Source of the DNA: Candidatus Heimdallarchaeota archaeon B3_Heim
GTDB lineage: Archaea; Asgardarchaeota; Heimdallarchaeia; Hodarchaeales; Hodarchaeaceae
Assembly (NCBI GenBank): GCA_003144275.1
Contig: NJBF01000011.1
Location: forward strand, 60,001-92,000
Direction of reading: 5' to 3'
DNA: 32,000 bases
In this document: positions 8,275-19,200 of the stretch, piece by piece
Layout of the letters: the number at the start of each line of letters is the position of its first letter
Position numbering within the stretch: the first letter of the stretch is position 1
Translations under genes and position numbers: made by a program
Notes under the pieces: generated by a model
Told to the model about the DNA's origin: nothing
Database searches by the model: none
The model's input: the letters and a program-made list of their open reading frames with translations, nothing else

Positions 8275-8433
8275 TTATACCAAAGGAAAGAGAGGAGAGG
8301 AGGATATTTCGGGAGAAATTGGTGGAATTTCTTCAATTCTTCGTAAATAAAGAGGTCCTTGGTATTTTAGATAGGCGAGTACTTCATTTAGATTACTTAG
8401 ATTTATTGATTCTGTATCAATCATTTTCATCAT
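8275..8433 (-). CDS. Microprotein C (52 aa; start could be M1, M2 or M4), paralog in the YLxYxG triplet
   Basis: MMKMIDTESINLSNLNEVLAYLKYQGPLYLRRIEEIPPISPEISSSPLFPLV*. TATA (TATATAAA) at 8452-8459; shares the core motif. Confidence 0.72.
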   Translation of the reverse strand: MMKMIDTESINLSNLNEVLAYLKYQGPLYLRRIEEIPPISPEISSSPLFPLV

Positions 8434-8611
8434 CCATGATCCTGTATTTGGTTTATATATTTAGAATCCCAAAAAAATACTTAGAGGGGTTTATCTATTT
8501 GAATAATGTGAAAGTTAGTATAAAAACTCGTAGAGGGAGGTTTTTCTATCCTAATTAGTGATTATTCATCCAATGAAGGACGATCTGTAGAAATCTCCAA
8601 GGATTATCTCG

Positions 8612-8633
8612 ACAAAAAAAAGGAGAAGGAAAT
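8612..8633 (-). terminator. Oligo-T terminator after trxB
   Basis: Minus strand TTTCCTTCTCCTTTTTTTTGTC directly follows the stop at 8637. Confidence 0.5.
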
Positions 8634-8636
8634 TAA

Positions 8637-9884
8637 TTAGCTATTACTTAGGTATTCCCTGATTGCAATAGCTCCCGCAGCCCCTTCACCAGCTGCTGCC
8701 ACAGCTTGTTTCACTGATCCGAAGCGACAATCCCCCGCTGCAAAAATCCCTTGGACTGAGGATTGCTGTTGAGACGTGGTGATAAAACCTTGGGAATCAA
8801 GATCAACTCCCTTTAGGAACTTTGTATTGGGTGATAATCCTACGAAAACAAAAATTCCATCTGGATGATAATCTTTTACTTCTCCAGTTTCCGTATGCTT
8901 AACTCTAACAGCCTCAAGACTGTCCTCACCTAGTAGTTCAACAACTTCAGAATTTGCCCAGACTTCTATGCCTGATCGATCTCTTACTTTTTCCTGTAAA
9001 ACAGGAGAAGCACGGGGTTCATTCCCACGGACGAGAATTGTCACATGATCAGCAAATTTCTCTTTCAGAAAAAGAGATTCTTCAAAAGCACTATTACCAC
9101 CACCGATTACAAAAATCTTCTTATTTTTGTAGAAGAATCCGTCACAGGTGGCACAGTAATGTATACTTACTCCCAAAAGTGCGTCAGAACCCGGAACCAC
9201 AAGCTGACGATAATTAGAACCAGTAGCGACAAGAACAGCTGAGCATGTAAACTCCTGAGACTCAGTTTTTGCGACTTTATATTGACATTCATCAAAGGAA
9301 GCATTAGGATGACAGGTACCCACGTTCAAGACTTTTTGAGGGGAGAGAATCTCAACCCCAAACCGTTCGGCCTGTTTTTTAACATTCTCTGCAAATTCTG
9401 CGCCAGTAATTCCTTCTGGAAATCCTGGAAAATTATCCAATCGATTTGTTATGAAGGCCTGTCCTCCAACCGTTGATTGTTCTATTACTAGTACATCATA
9501 CCCATCTCGAGCAAGATAAATCGCTGCGGTAAGGCCAGCTGGTCCTGCTCCTATGATAACCGTATTATAGAATGATTTTTTTGCTCTTTGTGCTAACCCT
9601 AAGAAATCAGCTAGTTCAAAATTACTGGGTTCTACGAATAATTTTCGTTCTCCATCCTTTATTACTTCAACAGCGGGTATTTTTCGTTTTTTAGTCCCAA
9701 AAATTGTTTCATTCGTGTCATACACGAATTGTAAAGCTTTTTTCCCTTCAGCGTCTGGTTTTTCAATGTCAAACCAGCCATAGTGAATTCGCTGTTCACC
9801 TAAATATTTCTTTGTACGTCTACAATCACTACACCAGTTAGCTCCGTAAACATTAACTATTATTTGTTCTTCTGACATATTCAA
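8637..9884 (-). CDS. trxB: Glutaredoxin/NrdH-domain fused thioredoxin reductase
   Basis: N-terminal WCSDC plus IPAV (cis-Pro loop), then GAGPAG, HYCATCDG, GGGNSA and GIFAAGD. Start may be the second Met (9878). Confidence 0.92.
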   Translation of the reverse strand: MNMSEEQIIVNVYGANWCSDCRRTKKYLGEQRIHYGWFDIEKPDAEGKKALQFVYDTNETIFGTKKRKIPAVEVIKDGERKLFVEPSNFELADFLGLAQRAKKSFYNTVIIGAGPAGLTAAIYLARDGYDVLVIEQSTVGGQAFITNRLDNFPGFPEGITGAEFAENVKKQAERFGVEILSPQKVLNVGTCHPNASFDECQYKVAKTESQEFTCSAVLVATGSNYRQLVVPGSDALLGVSIHYCATCDGFFYKNKKIFVIGGGNSAFEESLFLKEKFADHVTILVRGNEPRASPVLQEKVRDRSGIEVWANSEVVELLGEDSLEAVRVKHTETGEVKDYHPDGIFVFVGLSPNTKFLKGVDLDSQGFITTSQQQSSVQGIFAAGDCRFGSVKQAVAAAGEGAAGAIAIREYLSNS

Positions 9885-9896
9885 TCCCTTTCACAT

Positions 9897-11069
9897 CTAA
9901 CTAAACACTTTATCGAACACAGGTATGTATTTTGATAGCATAAAGCGTCCTATGATCATCCGTTGTACTTGGGAAGTTCCTTCGTAAATTTGGTACAGCT
10001 TCGCATCCCGAAATAACTTTTCGATCAAATAATTTGTTGTATACCCATATCCTCCAAAGATCTGTAGCGCATCTGAAGCTGTTTTCATTCCCGAATCCGT
10101 GGCAAATGCCTTCGCACAGCTTGCTGTTACCGTATTGTCCCAACCTTTATCCGCTTCCCAAGCTGCTTTCCATGTAAGTAACCGCGCGGCCTCATAATGC
10201 ATTTTCATTTCAGCAATCATGAATTGAATTGCTTGAAGGTTCGCAATCTCAGTTTCAAAAGCCTTACGTTTCTTAGCATATGCGATTGCATATTCCATTG
10301 CTCCTCGTGCCATTCCACATGCAAATGCTCCAATGGTCGGTCGTGTATGCGCAAATGTTTGCATTGCTAATGGAAATGCCTGTCCAGGTTCACCAAGGAC
10401 ATTTTCTAGGGGTATCCTTACATCCTCCATCCGTAACATTACCGTATTGGAAGCTTTATGACCCATTTTTGGAATCGGTTTTCCGATGGATAGACCAGCA
10501 GTCTCTGTAGGTACCACGACCGCGGTGACGCCTTTATGACGCTTAGTGCCCTCCAGACGGCAAAATAAACTAATAATTTTACTTACTCCCCCGTTCGTTA
10601 TCCACATCTTCCGGCCATTTATCACGAGTTCATCACCCTCAACTCGTGCTGTTGTTGACATTCCCGCTACATCACTCCCCATTCCTGGTTCACTTGTGGC
10701 AAAAGAAGCAAACTGTAATTCTTCTGTAAATGGTCTTAAAAATCTCTCTTTCTGTTCTTCATTTCCCCCTAGGATAATTGGTTCTTGTCCAAGACTATTA
10801 CAGAAAAGTGAAGTGGTTATTCCTGGATCTGCAGCGGCTATTTCTTCCACTAACAAACATGAATCTAATATCCCTAATCCCAATCCTCCATTTTCTTTTG
10901 GTATTGTGATATTAAGCAATCCAGCTTCGAAAGCTTTGTTATAGACATCATAAGGAAATTCCCCAGACAGGTCATATTTTCGGGAGACAGGAATTATCTC
11001 ATTTATTGCAAAGTTACGCGCCTTCTTTTGTAGACTAATTTGCTCTTCAGATAAACTAAAATCAATCAT
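9897..11069 (-). CDS. Acyl-CoA dehydrogenase
   Basis: TSEPGMGSDV, KMWITNG, RKAF, QIFGGYGY, and YQIYEGTSQVQR with the catalytic Glu. Confidence 0.95.
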   Translation of the reverse strand: MIDFSLSEEQISLQKKARNFAINEIIPVSRKYDLSGEFPYDVYNKAFEAGLLNITIPKENGGLGLGILDSCLLVEEIAAADPGITTSLFCNSLGQEPIILGGNEEQKERFLRPFTEELQFASFATSEPGMGSDVAGMSTTARVEGDELVINGRKMWITNGGVSKIISLFCRLEGTKRHKGVTAVVVPTETAGLSIGKPIPKMGHKASNTVMLRMEDVRIPLENVLGEPGQAFPLAMQTFAHTRPTIGAFACGMARGAMEYAIAYAKKRKAFETEIANLQAIQFMIAEMKMHYEAARLLTWKAAWEADKGWDNTVTASCAKAFATDSGMKTASDALQIFGGYGYTTNYLIEKLFRDAKLYQIYEGTSQVQRMIIGRFMLSKYIPVFDKVFS

Positions 11070-11261
11070 GGATAAGACACCTTTAATGTTGTTTTTGTCA
11101 TAGAATACCTACCCTAATTATCTTCAAAAATATTCGCCCAATGATTGCGTAACTCGGTTATGTTTATTCGTAATTATGAGGTTTCAAGTCATAACCTAGA
11201 TTTTATCTAATTGTGAAGTTAGAACCTGAAAAATTACGCTGATTCCAGTTCTTTTCCTATT

Positions 11262-13076
11262 CTATTGTTCACTCTCATCGTATTCTATGGGGTCTAGCTC
11301 ATGAGTCGTTGTAGATGATAATTGTTCTTTTCTCAATTGAAGCTTAAAGGGGAGAAGAGTAAAACAGAGAATGACAATTAAAAATACTACAAACATGAAC
11401 AAAGGAGCCATAAAATTCCAGTCAAACACAAAGAATACTGAACGGGCGAAATTAAGCTCTCCTCCAGTAGTAATATTGTAGCCCCGTGCTAATATTCCAA
11501 GGAACGACCCATATTCCATTAAGCCGACACTAACTAGAAAGCTTAACCCAAAAGATAGTCTGAATCTTCTTAGATAATTTTTTGATTTGTCCTGTCTATA
11601 TTCCAATCCTAGAAGCATACCAAGGGGAATATTAATGAAAACGAGTAGTAATAACATACTCAGAGGTAACCAAAGTGATTGGTCTTCAAATATTGTGGCT
11701 GTTAATAAAATTGCATTTCCTATGTATAGAAAAAACCCAGTAACTATCGAGATAGGGAGGAGATTAGAAAGGTGATTATGTCCTCTAGGAAGCATTTTTA
11801 TGACGACTACACCTAGTATCGCAGCTAATCCACTTATTCCACCAACTATACAGATCAAGCGGACAGACGCAAGTATCCGACTGAGAATATCCTGACCTGC
11901 CCAATTGGTTCCAAAGATATGAGCACCTCCTGGCTCTGCATATGCAGGAAAACCATTTGAAAAATCATCATTTATCGGATCAAAAGGAGTAAGAAATGAG
12001 ATTAGTATAATTACTCCAAGAAAACCCAAAAAACCAATGGTTAGAATTCTTTCACTTGGGTAACGTTTGAAATCTGTTCTAATTTGATTTGCAATCTCAT
12101 TAAGTGTATTAGGTGATGTTTCTACATTATTTCCTTTATTTAATGGAAGAGGAATGAGGCTGATAATGATAAATCCAACAAGAATCATAAAACCATAGTT
12201 ATATATGGAAGCGAATACAACGGGGATATTCATCAGCAATAAACTTGAGTAGAAGTACCGTCCTAGGCCTGGCCAACTGTAAATCGTTTCAAAAATAAAA
12301 TCTCCGAGGAAAATTGATAGATAAGTCGCTTTTAGGGTGGTTCGAATACTCAACTTGGAAGCAATGGTTATTAATCCGATAATGATTGAAAAAAAGCTCA
12401 TACTTAGTACAGGTAGAAAATTACGAGCAGCTGGTGAAGCTTCACTTCTCCATCCTGGAAGAATACGTACTCCTTCCCAGATTAATCCTGGATCAACTAC
12501 TGATAGTAAGACAAGAGGTATTGAAATAAGTAAAATAGGGCTCAGTAAACCAGCTATCCTTAGTATTCCATCTAACCTTCTGGATTTATAAATGTTTAAA
12601 TCTTCTAATACTCTGATTACAATAAATGGAGAAAGGATGATTATTGTAAGAGTTAAGGCTCCACTTAAAATTACTTCTGTGGCACCTGAGAGTGATGAAA
12701 GCTCTTCTGCAATGGCTCCGCTAGTCATCCAGTTCGTACCAAAATCTGCACTTAAATATTTGGTTAAGAGATAAGGAAATGAGAAGGGGAATCTTGGAAG
12801 ATTTAAACTTTCACGAAGGGTATTGTACTGATCTAATAGTGGAATCAACTCTACAGAAGATAACTTTGGTCTAATTGTTCGAGGATCAACTTCTCCACCA
12901 AATATTAGTACTAACAAGTCTCCAACCAAAAGGTTATAGATGAAAAAAAGTACTGTAAATGCAATTAGGAATCCAAGAATTGATGTTAATATAGAATAAC
13001 CAGCATTAATCGCATAAGGCTTTGAATAAATCCTAAATTTCTCATATAGCTCATTTTGTGTAGTTTTTTCTTCCAT
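11262..13076 (-). CDS. Fused DppB/DppC-like ABC transporter permease (divergent)
   Basis: First half has DFG and FETIYSWPGLGRYF (DppB-like). Second half has FLTPFDP...PGGAHIFGTNWAGQDILSRI (DppC-like). Confidence 0.7.
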   Translation of the reverse strand: MEEKTTQNELYEKFRIYSKPYAINAGYSILTSILGFLIAFTVLFFIYNLLVGDLLVLIFGGEVDPRTIRPKLSSVELIPLLDQYNTLRESLNLPRFPFSFPYLLTKYLSADFGTNWMTSGAIAEELSSLSGATEVILSGALTLTIIILSPFIVIRVLEDLNIYKSRRLDGILRIAGLLSPILLISIPLVLLSVVDPGLIWEGVRILPGWRSEASPAARNFLPVLSMSFFSIIIGLITIASKLSIRTTLKATYLSIFLGDFIFETIYSWPGLGRYFYSSLLLMNIPVVFASIYNYGFMILVGFIIISLIPLPLNKGNNVETSPNTLNEIANQIRTDFKRYPSERILTIGFLGFLGVIILISFLTPFDPINDDFSNGFPAYAEPGGAHIFGTNWAGQDILSRILASVRLICIVGGISGLAAILGVVVIKMLPRGHNHLSNLLPISIVTGFFLYIGNAILLTATIFEDQSLWLPLSMLLLLVFINIPLGMLLGLEYRQDKSKNYLRRFRLSFGLSFLVSVGLMEYGSFLGILARGYNITTGGELNFARSVFFVFDWNFMAPLFMFVVFLIVILCFTLLPFKLQLRKEQLSSTTTHELDPIEYDESEQ

Positions 13077-13383
13077 TACGTACCCCTCAAATATAAAGGA
13101 TAATTCAGAATTAATTTCACCTCTTGAGTCGACTAGAGGCTTAAAAGTTTTATCTTCCCAGAAGACTGCATTTTTTCATTGACGAGATTCTTCCTCTATT
13201 AGTTCAAAGGAAAATTTTTTACACCATTTCTCAATGGCATTAATCGATCTATTGTACAATAATACGATTCCTACCTTCCCCTCTCAAGTGTATGCGTTGA
13301 ACAGCAGAAATTATTTAATTTGGAACTATTTGGGAATAAACTGACCTGTTCTCGTAAACAAACATTTCTAAGGGTGTTTTTTC

Positions 13384-14025
13384 ATGAATTCTCTTTCACG
13401 TGGTATTCTAATCGCATTTGAAGGTATCGATGGCTCGGGAAAAACAACCCAAATACACAAAGTTGCGGAGTGTCTACGAGAACTTAATTATCCAGTAACC
13501 GTTACTCATGAACCTAATCCCAATAGTCCGTATTCACAGTTAATTCAGCAAAAGGTGAAGAAGCAACGAGACCAAGTCTCTCCTGAACAAGAGTTGGAAT
13601 GGTATACAGAAGACAGACGATGGGATTTAGAGAACAATATTCTTCCTGCGCTTGAGCGAAATGAACTGGTGTTAGTTGATCGGTATTATATGTCTAGTGC
13701 CGCATATCAAGGTGCTTTGAAAGTTTTTTCATTAGATTATGTTTTAGAGAAGAATTCCTTTGCAAAACGACCAGATCTATGGATTATCCTGGATGTATCT
13801 GTCAAACTTGGTCAATCTCGATTGGGAATGCGCGATAAACGAAACGATGATCAACTTGAAAAAACAGAGTATCAGAAATTGGTCTTAGTCAATTATCAAC
13901 GACTTTCTGAAATGGATCTCGGTGGCCAAGTCGTATGGATCGATGCCAGTATTGAGGAAGCTCAATTAACCCAAGTAATTGGACAGACAATCATTGATTT
14001 TCTGAAGGCATACGTTATCCACTAA
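13384..14025 (+). CDS. tmk: Thymidylate (dTMP) kinase
   Basis: FEGIDGSGKTT, HEP, VDRYYMSSAAYQG and PDL motifs. Confidence 0.93.
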   Translation: MNSLSRGILIAFEGIDGSGKTTQIHKVAECLRELNYPVTVTHEPNPNSPYSQLIQQKVKKQRDQVSPEQELEWYTEDRRWDLENNILPALERNELVLVDRYYMSSAAYQGALKVFSLDYVLEKNSFAKRPDLWIILDVSVKLGQSRLGMRDKRNDDQLEKTEYQKLVLVNYQRLSEMDLGGQVVWIDASIEEAQLTQVIGQTIIDFLKAYVIH

Positions 14026-14499
14026 TTATTTTTTTAAAAGGGCTCGGGCTGCTGTGATATAGACATCTAAATTTTGCAAAGTCTCCTGTTGAAAATTACG
14101 AATTGTTTCAGCAGTTTTTGTGTTATCATAGATAGCGCTGGCTTGTTGTAGGATTTTGATGTCTTTGATGAGTTTAGTAATATCTTTCTTTAATTTCTCA
14201 TCTTTCTCGAATGTCATCCCTCTTACTCTGACTAATAAGGCCAAAGCATCAGTAAATTGTAGATCGTAAACTAAAATTAGCGCCCGAATGAATAGGCTTT
14301 GTGAAATGACCAACTGGGCATTATAATCAGCATTTCTGTCAATACGATTTAGGAACTGTATTGCAGTCTGAACTTGTCCTTCTTCTATGTATGCTTTCGC
14401 CAACATAAAGTTCCTAAAGTCACGTAGCTCCATAAAATTTTGGAGCGCGTTTTCTATACGTTGTAATGAAAGCCTTATTTCACCGTCAAGTAAAGCCAT
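14026..14499 (-). CDS. Hypothetical helical-repeat (TPR-like) protein
   Basis: 157-aa ORF with a TPR-like pattern (LAKAYIEEGQVQTAIQFL; ALILVYDLQFTDALALL). No family recognised. Confidence 0.55.
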   Translation of the reverse strand: MALLDGEIRLSLQRIENALQNFMELRDFRNFMLAKAYIEEGQVQTAIQFLNRIDRNADYNAQLVISQSLFIRALILVYDLQFTDALALLVRVRGMTFEKDEKLKKDITKLIKDIKILQQASAIYDNTKTAETIRNFQQETLQNLDVYITAARALLKK

Positions 14500-14657
14500 A
14501 TTTTAGGTCATTCCAATAGGAATCTGCACTATTCGTGCAAATCTCATGTTTCTCAGAGAATGTTTCTGCATAAAAAGATTTGTATAATTCCTGTTTAAAA
14601 ATTTTGGTAAAAATCGTTGAGTAACTCCCTCTGGATATTATTTACGAAATAGACTGT

Positions 14658-14948
14658 TCACCTTGTTCGCTTGATGATGTGATAACCAAACTTTGTTTTA
14701 ACAGGGATTTGTGTCATCTGATTTTTCTGTAATGCAAACGTTGCCTTTTCAAATTCTTTTACCATCTGGCCTCGGCCAAATTCTCCCAAATTTCCACCTT
14801 TTTTCTTTGATGGACATGTGCTGTGTTTACGGGCCATTTCCTCAAATTTTGCTCCACTATTAATCTCTTCAATGATTTCTTCAGCCAACGTTTTTTTATC
14901 CACTAGTATGTGACGTGCTGTTACTTTGTTAACCATATTTTTCACCAT
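14658..14948 (-). CDS. ppiC: Single-domain parvulin-type peptidyl-prolyl isomerase
   Basis: ARHILV, HSTCPS..KGGNLG.F.RGQMV.EFE and TKFGYHII motifs. Likely start is the second Met (14936). Confidence 0.93.
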   Translation of the reverse strand: MVKNMVNKVTARHILVDKKTLAEEIIEEINSGAKFEEMARKHSTCPSKKKGGNLGEFGRGQMVKEFEKATFALQKNQMTQIPVKTKFGYHIIKRTR

Positions 14949-16207
14949 TCATCGTTCGGGCAATTCTGGTAAGGGGCCAAAATCTTTAATCATTTTCAAA
15001 ATTTCGGTATCGGTGAGGACTTTGTTTTGACTTTTTGCATGGTCAAGAATGATTCTCACCAGATCGAGATTAAACGAGAATTGATGGTACACCAACCACC
15101 AAATCAAATTGCTCCTTCCACTATTAGGCCCGATTTCTATTCTCTGTTCTCTACCTATCCATTCAGCAGGTACTGAGGAATACACTCGATCCTCTAACCA
15201 TGTATCGCCAAGTCTCTTCGCCTTGACCAATGCTGATGCGTGAATGCCAGTCTGGGTTCGGAAAGCGTCTTTTCCAATTACTGGTAAAGAGGGGGGAATT
15301 GGGACATTCGTTACTTCCGACACTGTTTTCGAATATTTGGGTAGTGCATATAATTTATTATCAATCAAGCCAAGCATTTTGCAATTAGTCAGTAATAGCT
15401 CCATTGACAGGTTACCCGAACGTTCACCAAGACCCAAGGCAGTTGCATGAATTCTTGATGTACCAGTTTCGATTGCTGTAAGTGTATTCGCCAAGGCCAT
15501 CCCTCTGTCACAATGTCCATGCCAATCTATACCTACAGTTTCCCCTAGGTCGTGAATGACTGTCTTCGCGAACTCCACAATCTTTTTTGTCCCTTGGGGA
15601 GTTGCATGTCCCACTGTATCGCAAAGAGCAATTCGATTTGCCCCTGCCTCCACTGCCACTGTTATGAGCTTCTGTAAAACCTCAGGTGCAGATCGAGTGG
15701 TATCTTCAGTCACGAATGTAATTTTCTCAATAGACTGATTGACTGCACGAGTAATTGTCTTGGTGACATCATTAATTATTTTCTCAAGCTTCCAGCCTTC
15801 AACTAGTACTCTGATAGGACTAGAGGCAATAAATGTACATACTTCAATAGGTGTTTCAGTTTTACCAATAATATCAACTAGAATATCAATATCTTCTGGA
15901 ATCATCCGTGAAGGGGAATTAGCTTCGATAGAGAGTTTTTCTAGAGTAATTATTTTGCCAGACCCACAACATCTTCATGAAAATTTGTTGAAGCAAAAGC
16001 CATGCCTAGATTCACACTATTTATACCAAGTTGTTCCATTAAACGAATAATCTGCGCTTTTTCCTCTAGAGACGGATGTCTAACACTTGCAGATTGTAAA
16101 CCATCTCGTAGGGTTTCATCTAGAAATTGTAAATCAGTTGGCCCCTTTGGAGTTGACGAGGGATCAACATTCCAATCATAAATTAATTGTGATAAATCTC
16201 GATACAT
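14949..16207 (-). pseudogene. LeuA/homocitrate-synthase-family (DRE-TIM) enzyme split by a 1-nt frameshift near 15953-15956
   Basis: N-part has DETLRDG; C-part has LCDTVG, HGHCDRG and GLGERSGN. One extra A in GCA AAA TAA fuses them as ...LAK-IITLEKLSIEAN... Span is 1259 nt, one short of 420 codons. Confidence 0.85.
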
Positions 16208-16226
16208 ATTAATCCCTTTATGTGAG

Positions 16227-19200
16227 TTATTTACCTGATAATGTTTTCCAGTTAGAGCCTTGCTCTGTGATCCATGTCTTATTCACAAACAGGTGCATTT
16301 TATACCAAATGGTTAAGCCAACAATTTCATCAACACATGCTAAATCGGGGTTTGTCGTAAGCCATTTATAGGCTTCAGGATACATTTCAGCATACGGTGG
16401 TACACCTGTTCCTTTCTCTGAATCCCACCAGTGTCCCGTATGATTCACTATAACCCAAAAGTGTATATCGGGTAAATGGTTTGTGAAATAGTCATTCACA
16501 TCAGAAGTTGAATTTGAAGAGAAAGGATAATTACCTGTTTCTTTGACTTCGTATTCTAGATAATATCGAAGGGCAAATTGAGTACCTCCCTCATTTATTG
16601 CCCATGTACTATAATTATAATCTCCACCATGGTTATTGATATATATCGCCATCTCCTGGTATCGAAGATCGAATATTTGATTGTAATGGACATTAGTAGA
16701 GACATTTACTAACATCCCTGACATAGCGAGGGCAAGAATTATTGTAAGTTGAGGTTTAATCTTTGGTTTCAACCAGTACAACCCAACAATCAACAATATC
16801 AGTCCAACGAAAGTAGCTAGGGGGGCTCCAAACTCCATTACTTCTCCGATCCATGAAAAATCTAATTCGAATAGCATGTCTAGGAAATCATAGACTATAT
16901 AGTCGTATAATCGATACAACCCACCCCCTCCCCTAAACCATGCATCGATAAAGAATTTGTATGCAAACCCAGCAGTAATGATTCCAGGAAACGTTTTCAG
17001 TACATGAAAGCAAAGAAAAATGAATGGGATTAAATAAATGGCGCCGACAAAGAGGTTTCTGAACAAAGAATTTAGATTTCCATTACCCAAAAAAGCGGTG
17101 AGGGGAACGTAAACAAATGTAAATCCGATTTCTAAGAAAAAATATCCTCCAGCTAGCCCTTTTTCAACATTATCAACAGCTAGTAATCGCATTTTCTCAT
17201 ATGAATAGATAAACTCAAAACCTTTGGCTGCAATAGCGAGATAAGGGAGTACAAGGGGAATATAGTAATAATTCAACTGAAACATTGCGGGGAAGAAAAC
17301 AAGAGGAATGACAAGTAACCAAGTGATCAGGGCAGAACCTAATGCGGGATTACGACGTTCTGAAAAGAAAAATGCCCAGAGTCCAATTAGGAAGAATGGT
17401 AGCATGACAACCAACACGTAATCGTTTATTGCACCCCCTAAACTATCAGCTAAATTATACTTGGTTCCAGACGTGTAACGCCACCCAATGTAATAATCAA
17501 AAAATAAAAAGGTATATGTAACGACATCAGGCTTATTAGGATCACCAGCAAGCTCTCCTGGGGTCCGTACCACCCATGGAAAGTTCACAAGATTAGTATC
17601 GATATATTGTATCCAGGCAATAAAGGGATAGAAGCTGAGAATAATGACAATGAGGGTGATTCCAATAAACAGGATATGGGATGAGAATATTGACTGCTCT
17701 GTTTGAGAGCGAATTCTAGCTTTAAGATTGTAAAATTTTATGAGCTTATTCTTAAGATGTGGATAGTAGGACAGTAAGGGAATTAGTAATAAGGAGATAG
17801 CAACACCCATTAACGTTATTGATGAAGCATTTCGATCAAAAACAAGTCCAAGCAGAAGTAATCCAACAAACCAAAACATCAACCAAATCCCCATAATAAT
17901 TAGGGGAAAACTGTCTATTAACTCGTAAATAAAACGAATGAAGGCTCTATCGGAGGAAATAAAATCTAATAACAACCCAAATACAATTAATGCGAGAATG
18001 ATTGTAACAATCGATCCTAATAATGCTCCGATGAGTTCTAATAATGCTAGAATGAAGACCTCGTTATTGAGTGCTTCTAGATTTTCTAGTGTTTCTTCTG
18101 ATAGAAAGAACAATATTCCTTTAATTATGGACATATCATTCGAACTTAAAGCCGTTGCAAATTGTTTGAAAGCATCCTCTAATCGATTATAAAAAAGAGA
18201 TACGATGATATTCCCTGCAAATGCTGCCAATACGCTCGTAAGTCCAGTGAAAAATAACACAAGGTAGTTTCCTTCAACGAACTCATTTTTCCAAAACCGA
18301 AGAAACACAGCAAAACATGTAGAAGCGCTCACGATAGCTATTATTAGACCAGCGACAAGAAGTTGATTGTAAATAACAGCAATAATAAATGAGATGACCG
18401 ATGCAAGTAAGAATACAAAATACGGGAAAAGATTGGCATAGGTTTGTTCTGAGGAAGAAGAACGTTCCTCATTGTCGGAGAAAGAAAGAGAAAATGATTC
18501 ACGAATCTCATATAGAGCAATTTTTAATTGAGAGAAATCAACATGCCGCTCTAAATATCTGAAAACCAAATAGATGGCTATTGATGGTGCAATTAATACC
18601 CCTTGCCATGCTTTCGTCATGACATTTAGTACATTAAGTATTCCTGTTAGTATGATCAATAAATAGCCTTTTTTCAGATTGTTATCAACAAATATCGCAT
18701 CAATGGCACGAATTCCTGCTAAAAAAACTATAGATCCCATGAAAATAACAAAGGGGTCGATATATGCAGTTCGAGAATAGAAATTTAGAAATGAGGCTAG
18801 TGCAACCAGAAGCCCTGCTATAGCATGTGCGCTCTTAGTTTCTTTTTGATGACTGAACAAGAGGTATATCACTACCGCAAGACCAGCCCCACCTATAGCA
18901 TTCATGCCATTTGCCCCAAAAGTGCTTTTTCCAAAGATATTCATGAGGAGCGCGCCAAAAATGAAAGCAAAAGGAGGTTTATCAAATAATTGAAGGGTTT
19001 CATTATTCCCCCTATAATATAAAGGTAAGAAAGGATCTGATAACCCGTCGGCTATTCGTGAAGCAATGGAAACAAACCAACCTTCATCCCACATGTCAAT
19101 AGACGAAGTATAAACTATCTTTAACCAAAAGGCTAAAAGACCTACAATCAGTAATAAACGATATCGTACAAAGTAGTCCCATAGTCTTACCGCTATCTTT

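Noticed and set aside
8319-8558. ORF-track plus-strand 79-aa ORF
   Set aside because: It is antisense to microprotein C, which has motif, paralog and promoter support. This ORF has none.
13234-13344. 36-aa plus-strand ORF upstream of tmk
   Set aside because: No motif, paralog or clear promoter/SD support.
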